A stretch of 32,000 nucleotides of DNA, taken from NCBI RefSeq assembly GCF_000400465.1, contig NW_008806274.1, forward strand, positions 330,244 to 362,243, written 5' to 3'. The position numbers and the translations under genes were made by a program. This document shows, piece after piece, positions 21,660 through 29,882 of this stretch; the stretch's first letter is position 1; each line of letters starts with the position of its first letter. The notes under the pieces were generated by a model. That model made no database searches, was not told the DNA's origin, and saw nothing but the letters and a program-made list of their open reading frames with translations. Origin of the DNA: Wallemia ichthyophaga EXF-994. Its lineage: Eukaryota; Fungi; Basidiomycota.

Positions 21660-22110
21660 TTGCATTGACGATTTGAGAAGTGGTTAAGCGTTGTAGACAG
21701 ATTATGACTTCGCTTACTTTGGTGACGCTACTTCAGCCTTTTTGCTTCCAAAAAAGGTTGCCCGAAGTGCCCTTTTAGCCTTTTGAGGGTAAATTTTCCT
21801 GTAATATGCTTTGGCATATCCAAAGTGAGTAGCAAGAAAGCGCAGAAAGTCTCCGTATGCGACGATGATGATAATAATGAGACCTGAATATATTGTTAAG
21901 ACGATGCATTTTTAAACTGCGTTCATCAGTGGATAGATAGATAGAAATCATAATATATAGTCAAAAGCGTTAAAACCATGAATAATCTTCGCCTGTCTAT
22001 ACTTTTTGTGCATTGAAAGCTGACAATTGTAGTGACTCAAAGGAATACGGTTCTTGGCATGTGTGCCGTAAATTGGGAGGTAGCTACGTGGAGCTACCGG
22101 CGTCCATCAA
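21660..22110 (+). ncRNA. Probable RNase MRP RNA (ends approximate)
   Basis: Ordered motifs matching yeast NME1 as I recall it: CTGTAATATGCTTTGG (21799-21814, P3 3' strand), GAAAGTCTCC (21845-21854, CR-I/P4), CGTATGCG, TAATGAGA (21875-21882), TGTAGTGA (22028-22035, CR-IV-like) and GGAGCT (22090-22095, P4 partner). P2 pairing TTTGAG (21672-21677) with CTCAAA (22036-22041). Confidence 0.7.
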
Positions 22111-22307
22111 TACTTCTTAAAGCAAGAAGAGTCAGAAGGGGTGGTGAATTTACTGGAAGCGTTTCTTGATTAGCGTCGTAACTTGTAAATTTTTGTGGTC
22201 CTCGATTACATTGAGCCACCGGGGGCACCCTCCGATTCTTCTTTCAGCTAAAAAAAACTCTAAAATGTCTTTATAATATAAAGACACACTGACAACAAAA
22301 TCATCAA

Positions 22308-22379
22308 TCCTTGTTAGTATATCGGTTAGTACGCCCGCTTGTCACGCGGGAGAGCTGGGTTCAACTCCCAGACAGGGAG
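22308..22379 (+). tRNA. tRNA-Asp (GTC), intronless
   Basis: 72-nt cloverleaf: acceptor TCCTTGT/ACAGGGA, D stem, anticodon stem CCCGC/GCGGG with loop TTGTCAC, T-loop TTCAACT; T-run about 10 nt downstream. Confidence 0.95.
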
Positions 22380-22399
22380 TGTTATTTAATTTTTGGGAA

Positions 22400-23150
22400 T
22401 ACTTCGCCATATTTTTGTTGTTTTCAAACATTCAATTTTGTTGGTACCTGAAGATCGTTTGCCAGTGTCTGAATATATAATTTCGCTAACAAAATGACAT
22501 TGTGGCAATGTATCCGTGAAGGGAATCCAATACTTTGCGAATAGATATCATCAAGAATTTTTATTAATACTATGTTCCAAAGAACATATTCAAGTTCTCC
22601 ACTTGGTTGAATACGTAGTCGGGCGGTGGTGATATCACCACCAAGACACCGGGTGAAAACACAAGTAATTGATTTTTAACGTTTAAAAATGACACATTAA
22701 GATACAACATCTTCTCAAAAAAAAAATAGATGTGATATTCAATTAGAAAGTATAGTTCGTTGATTGGTGCATGACAAAAAAAGTATCCTCCTGCTCACAA
22801 TTTGAGTGCTTGTAAGTCGTATTGATAGCGCTAGATTTTCCAAGTTATTAATTATAGGCTGTAATAATCATTTTTGTACTGCGCCGATGCATTTAGTTAG
22901 AAATACACGTTACTAAGTACCAAAGGCTGATACGAAGATAATAGTGTGATGTGTGCAGAAAAAATCAGCAAAAATAGACAAAAATCAATCAATTTCTATC
23001 GATAAAGTGTCTTAATAACTGCAGTTGCTTATCAATCGCGGAGGTTAGGTTAGATTATGACAACGCATGAAGCATTCCAGACGCAGGAAACTAGCTCACA
23101 ACTAGCGCAAACAGTTTAATATTACATACTCATTCCTCGCGTTGGTATGA
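22400..23150 (-). ncRNA. Hypothetical telomerase-RNA-like transcript (ends unknown)
   Basis: Template-like CTAACCTAACCT (23053-23042), U-rich/A-rich segment with pseudoknot potential (about 22985-22870) and a three-way junction (22619-22569), in the TER-like 5'-to-3' order within a protein-free interval. No homology confirmation. Confidence 0.25.
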
Positions 23151-23200
23151 ATATGATTTTTAGTTTTTTACTGTCACGTTAATTTTTTCTTTCGTGAGGC

Positions 23201-23207
23201 TATAAAA
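23201..23207 (+). promoter_or_regulatory. TATA box upstream of U1 snRNA
   Basis: TATAAAA lies about 35 nt before the U1 5' end at 23236. Confidence 0.5.
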
Positions 23208-23235
23208 TGCGGCCGCCCCTCATCTTTGTTTCTTC

Positions 23236-23407
23236 ATACTTACCTTGGCGAGGCTTCTGATCTCATGTACATTGGAAGTCGTGTTGACCGTCTGGGCATT
23301 GCACGGCGACAGTAGCCTACTCAGAAGGGATGCATTGTGTAGACTTCGGTTTACATATTGCCTGAATATTTTGCACGCCTTCTACTCTACTCTGTAGGGT
23401 GGATGGC
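23236..23407 (+). ncRNA. U1 spliceosomal snRNA
   Basis: 5' ATACTTACCT splice-site-pairing sequence; stem-loop I with GATC loop; loop II ATTGCAC (U1A site); stem III TGTGTAGAC-TTCG-GTTTACATA; Sm-like AATATTTTG; 10-bp 3' terminal hairpin. Confidence 0.9.
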
Positions 23408-23568
23408 ACTGTCCTTGTTGTTTTCGCAGCTTTGATTGTGCTATCTGACCTGTTTAGTGTTTTGTAATGCGTTTTTGCTATGTAACTTGTAGCTATTGGC
23501 GGTCGTCTGCATTAAGTTTTAGTTCCACCCGTCAATTCCAATTCAATAATGCATGCAAATAATATCAA

Positions 23569-24909
23569 TCAATGCGATAGTGGTGTTGTGCCAGTCCAGC
23601 TTCTTACTTTAGAAAAGTAGTAAGGTCTTTGGTGCTGAGGTAAGGTGAGACAGCGATAGAATAGTCAAATTTCTACCTGCCTTCAATGGTATATCCACCT
23701 CCTCCTCCTCTCGGTTGACTGAAACATACTCCAGTAGCTCGATCTTGTTATGTTTGCCATGCACACTTGATTTCAATTTGGCCTTCATCCTGAACACATA
23801 CGACACTCTCCTGATGTCGCGATCGGGGTCTTTGAGGTCATCGATGAGGATAGAGTCGTTCCTGAGCTTCCATCTGCCATGTAATAGTCCTTTGCATCGC
23901 AAATTCTCGTTGAGCGCAGGAACGCTGCTAGTCGGCACGTCTGTGCTCAGCCAGCTGATCACAAGACCATCTGGAAAGAAGCGTAGATATCTGTAGAAAG
24001 TGACGAGCTGAGTGAACGTAGTCCATGCCGACTCGGACTCTCCGTGTCTGAGATAGCGGCATATAGAAATATAAACGCCATCCAAGCGTACACGCGGGGT
24101 ATCTATCCACAATTTCCTCCAGTTCCCACTATACTTGACTAAAGCAAGCTCATCGACTCTGACAGACGGCTTGAGCTGATGTGGCGCGACGAGGTGTGTG
24201 CGTGCAAGATCCTTCCATATGATATTGTCGTTGGAGAGCAGCAGGAGTTTCTTGCTTGTGTGTGAGAACCTCACCAGGGTCTGCAGATCTGTTCTCTGGA
24301 CGAGATTGCGGTAAATGTGTAGTATTATTTCGTCCGGTAGAGCTGAGATTGGACACTGTTCGTCTTCATTCTCGGCTGCGAGTGTGAGTGTGTTATCGAG
24401 TGATTCGATAAGCTTATCAATCGCGTCTAATCTGTAACTTGATTGTTTTGGTGCGTCTGGTTCAGTCTGCTTGCGATTAGAAAACCTTACCGTCAAAGTC
24501 CACCTCCACCCACCTGTATCGTCTTTGCAAAATTGTAGACGTAATTGCCATCTTTATTTAACTCTATATCATCCCTTTCATGAGTAATTGCCCCGTCATC
24601 GTTATCATTCGCCTCTTCACGCTCTCGTGCCACTTTGTGGCTCACGTAGCGTGCATAACGCTTATCGACAGCGTCGTCGAGCTTAAATGCACGCCTGTAC
24701 AAATCTATCGAGTCTCCGAGCTGGCCCACCTGCTCAGCTTCCACTGCCTGCTCGTAGATGCGCACCGCATGATCAGAGGGATCGTGTGTATCTTGAGCAG
24801 GTGGCTGATGTGTTGAAATATCATTATGCGATGATTTACTTGGCCCGCCCTTGCTGCTCAGCTCACTCTTCCACTCCGTTCTGAACTTGTCCAAATCGTC
24901 ATTCGACAT
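23569..24909 (-). CDS. HRT3: F-box protein Hrt3/FBXO9-like, three exons
   Basis: MSNDDLDKFRTEWKSEL start, MIT/TPR-like helix (YEQAVEAEQVGQLGDSIDLYRRAFKLDD), F-box ISALPDEIILHIY, PRVRLDGVYISICRYLRHGESE...LVTFYRYLRFFPDG. Terminal PLK-HQRPYYFSKVRSW appears after a GC-AG intron. Confidence 0.88.
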
Positions 24910-24971
24910 GCTCGCTGATAAAGATAAAGAAAGCTATTGCATTCCAGGAAAAGTAAATTTATGCACAAAAC

Positions 24972-26333
24972 TTAAACGAATTGTTGGAAACGTCCACTTT
25001 CAACTTTACCGACGTCGAGCAACTTCTTGGCTGAGCTGACGATTGCTTCACGCTTAGCTGCAACATCTGGTGTGCCATCGAGTGATTTCTTAAGCTCAGC
25101 TGTCTCTTCAGGCTCAAGACCATTCGCGATCAAGTCCAACTCATTAAGCTGCAATTCAATATCATTCGCAGAAGGCGTTGAACCAGGTGGCTGGAAGTAA
25201 TTGTTGTCTGTAACAATCTGCTTGATCGCTTTCTTTGACTTGCTGAGGTTCTTTCTGGCTGCCTCTTTAGCCTTCTTGTCAGTCGCCTTGTTTGCCTTGC
25301 TGGCTGCGTCTTTCTTAACTTGCTCCTCCTTGGCTGCCGCCTCTTGGGCTGCTTTAATTGCCTCATCTTCCTTAGCCTTCTTAGGATCCGTGGTGATACC
25401 CTTGGCCTTGTTCTTCTTCGCTTCACGTGCTGCTTTGTCATCTTGCCTAAACTTCTTCATACGAGGGTCTGCAGCTAAAGCATTGTCGACCAATGTTCTT
25501 ACACGAGCATTGTCCTCCTTCTTTCTCTGAGCTCTATCTGACTTGTTCTTCTTCTCAGTGTAACGCTTGTCATCGCGATTCTCAGAGCCCTCATTTATCT
25601 CCTTATCGTACCACTCAAATGAACGCCATGATACAAAATTGTACCATGCGTTGTAGAACTCTTCAACTTGATCTCTTGGTGCGTCGGCACCGCCTAGTGA
25701 AGGCACCGGTGTCTCAGAGAATCTAGATTCACGGTCAAAGACTGGTCCGTAAACTTCAAAGAAATCTCCCTTAGTTTTTGCGTCTGGGATCTTGTCACTG
25801 TATGTCTCGTCGATCGAATCGAATTGTTTGCGTCTTTCTGGGTTGTCGAGGATTTCTAAAGCCCTAGCAACGCACTTGAAGAAGCGATCATCGTTGGCAT
25901 CACCGCCCCTACCTGCCTTCTTGTCAGGGTGGTGTCTGAGAATTTTCTTCTTGTGGGCGAGACGGATCTGGTCTTGTGTTGCCTTGTAACGAAGGTTTGA
26001 AAGACCAAGAATTGCGTACATGTCGAGTGCCTTGTAGTTCTTTGGATCAGAAGTTTGTAACAATTCCTTGGATTCAGGCTCTTCACCAACGCCATCATCT
26101 TCTGGCTGGTTCTTACGCTCTTCTTCGGCCAATCTTTCATTCTCCGCCTTCACAGCTGCATCGTCCTCATCGAAAGTCTTGCCTGAGGCTTGACGACGTG
26201 CGTGTGCAGCATAAGCACCTCCAACTGGCACGAGCTTACGCTGTACTGGCTTCGACAAAGTGGTTGGCGCTGCAGATGTGCTGGCAACTGGCAAGCTAAT
26301 TGATATTGGTGTAATTGGCTGTGTTGCGCTCAT
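24972..26333 (-). CDS. ZUO1: Zuotin (ribosome-associated complex J-protein)
   Basis: PVGGAYAAHARR, DMYAILGLSNLRY, HHPDKK (J-domain HPD), YNFVSWRSFEWYDKE and charged K/A/E-rich region. ATG at 26333 (MSATQ) preferred; an upstream in-frame ATG exists at 26387. Confidence 0.93.
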   Translation of the reverse strand: MSATQPITPISISLPVASTSAAPTTLSKPVQRKLVPVGGAYAAHARRQASGKTFDEDDAAVKAENERLAEEERKNQPEDDGVGEEPESKELLQTSDPKNYKALDMYAILGLSNLRYKATQDQIRLAHKKKILRHHPDKKAGRGGDANDDRFFKCVARALEILDNPERRKQFDSIDETYSDKIPDAKTKGDFFEVYGPVFDRESRFSETPVPSLGGADAPRDQVEEFYNAWYNFVSWRSFEWYDKEINEGSENRDDKRYTEKKNKSDRAQRKKEDNARVRTLVDNALAADPRMKKFRQDDKAAREAKKNKAKGITTDPKKAKEDEAIKAAQEAAAKEEQVKKDAASKANKATDKKAKEAARKNLSKSKKAIKQIVTDNNYFQPPGSTPSANDIELQLNELDLIANGLEPEETAELKKSLDGTPDVAAKREAIVSSAKKLLDVGKVESGRFQQFV

Positions 26334-26433
26334 TCTCGTGGTTTTTCTCAAAGAGGAAGACGGGGAGACAGAGCTGTGGATGTTCATAATACAAAAAATT
26401 ATCTATAAATTAAGGCAAGTAATTCTTGTTATT

Positions 26434-27869
26434 CTATTGAGTTGTGCATTGCGTAGATGGTCCATTATCATCGTCAAAGTCGTTTGGATGAGCGTGTGTC
26501 CTTCCAAACTGTGTTGAATGGTTAGCTGGCCATTCCCGAGGACTAATTAGGAAAAACTCACATTTGACATAGAGCTAGTCTCATAATTTGCAGTTTGAGA
26601 GTTCTCACTCTCCTTTATTTCGCTCTTTTGGTCTGGTTTTGGTAGCAATTTACCAAGTGACTAATTTTGTACTTAGCAATATGAACAACAATGATCAGAA
26701 AAGACTCACAGTACGATCCTGCATCTTCATCCAATAGCCACTTGGCATTTCGACATTGCATTGGACGTATAAATCACCATATCCCCTTGACAATGGCATA
26801 CCTTGATCGCGTAAACAAAGAGTCTCTGCTGGCTGTATTACCCTTCCTTGAGGGACTGAAAGTTTCACAGAACGGCCGTCCAAGTGATTGCAAATGACCT
26901 TGTCAAAACCAGCCAATGCTTCGAAGAGGGTGAGCTTTATCGTAATTGCCAAGTCATAACCTGAAACTCTGAAAGTGTCATGCTTTTTGGCACGTAGCTT
27001 AAATATGAGTGATCCAGGTTTAGCGCCAGGCTGGCAGTATTGATTAGCATACGCATCTCTAACACAACCAACTCACAACTTCATCACCCTCACCCTGCAG
27101 ACGAATCTTCTGACCATCAACCATACCCTTTTTGATATCGAAGGAGATTTTTTTCTTGGCCTTTGTTGTTTTCGAACCCTCACACTTTCTGCACCTGTTT
27201 GAGAGTAAAGTGAGAATGACGTCAAGAGAAGATAGAACGACGAACCTCGATTTGTCTCTGATTTTAACGCCTTCACCGTGACAGTCAGGACAAGGAGAGG
27301 GCATTTGAGCAATTAAGCCAGGACCGAGCTGTCTGCTGAGAAGGACATTTCCACTACCAGAGCATCTACCGCAGGATTGAGGTTTGGCGCCTTTTTTGCC
27401 ACCAGAGCCAGAGCAGAGCTTGCAGGTGATATCCTTTTCGATAGCAAAGTGGACAGATTTGCCGAGGTATAAGTCATTGAGAGACACATCAAAGTCTACG
27501 ACTTGGTCTCTGGCTTTTGAAGGTTGAGGAGGTCTACTAAGGTCGAAGAAGAATGAAGACATGAAATCGTCCATCGGGGGGCCTGCAGAGCTAGCACTGT
27601 CCGTTCTACCAAAAGCATCGTAGCTCTCCCTGGTAACCTCATCAGAGAGAACTTCGTAGGCGGCAGATATTTTCTGAAACTTGTCGCTGGCGTTGGGGTC
27701 ATCTGGATTTTTGTCTGGATGACACGATATAGCTTGCTTGCGATAAGCTTTGCGTATTTCAGCTGCAACAAGGCGATGTGAGGCGGGAGTAGAGCATGCA
27801 AGCCAACTAACATTGAGTGGCAGTACTAGACACGCCTAGCAAATCATAAAATTCAGTTTCAACAACCAT
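26434..27869 (-). CDS. Type I DnaJ/Hsp40 (Ydj1/Xdj1-like), multi-exon, with C-terminal CaaX
   Basis: [13 protein letters not shown] start, J-domain with HPD, CxxCxGxG repeats ([32 protein letters not shown]), LFEALAGF...HLDGR, GDLYV; ends CTTQ* (TAG 26434-26436). Confidence 0.9.
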
Positions 27870-28216
27870 CGAGGTATTTTATCAAGAGAGAAGACATTCA
27901 ATTCTGAGTACAAAACTTAATTTAAAATTGAGCCATTGAGCTGGGAATATGCGTTAGTACTTGAAGATATACTCAAAGGGATTCAAGTTCAAGTCGTTTC
28001 AGCCAATGTGTATAGTAAGGTAGCTGAGAGTTTACTGCATGGTAATCCTGCTGACTGAACGCCCACAAGAAAACCAATAAAGCCAAATGCGCTCAAATCA
28101 TCCTTTGACTTGTCTTGAATCCCTTTATTTTATCTCCCACTCACTCTTCTGTTGGAGCACAAGAAGGAAGTTAACCATCACGACTGAATTTATACTGACT
28201 GAAAATTTTAATTAAA

Positions 28217-28783
28217 ATGGAACTATCCAACAAGCTTTCCAATCTCAGGAAAGATATCGATAGCGTGGAGAATGAGATTAAAGATAACGTGATTTCAAAC
28301 CAAAACGAGCTGTTCAAGTACAGCGAGAGTTACAGCAATATCAACAATTATAATATATCCGGCACAAGCCAGCAACTATACGACAAGATATCTCAACTTA
28401 AGTCAAAGATATCCGCAGATTATGACGAGCTTTCGAATGATATCGTGGATTTGACTAATGTCGAATCTGCGCTGAATCTACTGCGACAGGTATTCAAATT
28501 TAGAACGTTATCCTCATTACTGGATAGAAGGCTACAGAATAGCGTGATAAACGATCAAGATATCGCCCAGATTGTGCTTACAGTCGAAGAACTCGACAAA
28601 ATGCTGCTAAACCCAGATTTAAACAAGGTGCACGTCATAAAGACCTACAAACCCCAGCTACAAGCTCATAAATCCAAAATTCAAGCTCAAAATTCAAATA
28701 ACTCAAAATCAAGCTCAATTGATCACTTATTGCTTTCTAACAAAGGTTTCTTGAATAATGTATTCGATAATTTAGCTATGTAA
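28217..28783 (+). CDS. Short protein resembling only the Cog5 N-terminal coiled-coil region
   Basis: 188-aa ORF; pattern L..L...I..V.NEI...V..N..EL...L.N...AL.LLR....F..L...L...E...L...DL..V.VI resembles COG5 N-termini as I recall them. Not confirmed by a search. Confidence 0.55.
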   Translation: MELSNKLSNLRKDIDSVENEIKDNVISNQNELFKYSESYSNINNYNISGTSQQLYDKISQLKSKISADYDELSNDIVDLTNVESALNLLRQVFKFRTLSSLLDRRLQNSVINDQDIAQIVLTVEELDKMLLNPDLNKVHVIKTYKPQLQAHKSKIQAQNSNNSKSSSIDHLLLSNKGFLNNVFDNLAM

Positions 28784-28787
28784 CATT

Positions 28788-29828
28788 CTACCAATCAAGT
28801 ATAGCCTCTTTGGTGACTGGCTCGACTTGATCCTCATACTCGACTTCAACATGCTTGCCTCGCCGTTTGTTGTCCTTCTTAGCCTTACCTTCTCCCTTTC
28901 TCTTGCGTTTCTTCTTATCATCGTCATCACCCTTCTTCTTGTCGTCGTCATCTCCGTCTTCATCACTGTTCTCACTCTCTGACGACTCTGACTGCCCACT
29001 TTCATCGCTCTGCTCACTTCCCATACCTGCTACGCCTTCCTCCATATCCTCGACGTCTGATTCAATATCACTAGCCTCAACGAACTCCCTTTCATCCTCA
29101 CTATCAATCTCATCGTCCTCGGATTCATCATCAAGCAACTCTTCCTCGTTCTCAACATTCTTATCAGCTTCAAGTACCTTCCTCCAGACATCCTCATTGA
29201 CATTGAGCGGTGCATCACCGTAAGCCTTGGATTTGAGTCTATTGATCAACTCTGCCTCTATGGACCTCTCGAGTTTGGCTGCAGAAAGCGCCTTCTCTTC
29301 ACGCGTAGCCTCTCTTCTATCAATCTTCTTCTTGATACCGACTAGCTTTGGCTCCTGTCTAGATTTAAGCTTTCTCAATTTAATCAAATACTGCGTCAGC
29401 TTTGTTATACGCTGCTTGCACTTGTGCGTGGTGAAATTTGGCCAATACAACAGATGGCTGTCTATTTGCTCCAAAGCTTTCGTATAGTTGGAAGAAAGCT
29501 TGATCTTCTCCCACATATGCTTAGGCGTGTGTGCTCTCTCCGGTGTCTTTATGTATAGGTATATGACACCTTCATGTTCCCTAACGGTTGCGTATCTTGA
29601 ATTTGCGAGTGGACAAGACTGCCTATTACAGAATCCAGTAACGTTGTACTCATTTCTACAAAAATTCTGCGTCGTCGTTCTAAATCAAGTTTTATTGGCC
29701 AATTCACTCACGCAGGGCTCAGACTCACTTTACTTTGTAACTGCAGAATTGATGATTTATAACTGTCCACACGACATCATCCCTGTGATCCCATCAGCCA
29801 GATTTGACGGCTTTACCTCCACTTACAT
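28788..29828 (-). CDS. MAK16: 60S ribosome biogenesis protein Mak16, multi-exon
   Basis: [98 protein letters not shown], acidic tail and VEVEYE. Confidence 0.93.
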
Positions 29829-29882
29829 CTTGACAGTTTTGTGATAAGAGACGATGTACAAAAATTTATAAACAACGAGTTG

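Noticed and set aside
22186-22222. Sm-site-like AAATTTTTG followed by a hairpin (GTGG..CTCGAT/ATTGAG..CCAC), suggesting an snRNA 3' end
   Set aside because: No U2 branch-pairing, U4 stem I/II or U5 loop I motif lies upstream, and the upstream structure is better explained as RNase MRP. It may be part of an MRP precursor or chance; I cannot support a separate gene.
27930-28180. Possible small minus-strand gene (ATGGTTAACTTCCTT..., GTGAGT donor, hydrophobic stretch)
   Set aside because: Acceptors of normal size give immediate stops; the only open splice needs a GAG acceptor, and the product resembles nothing I recognise.
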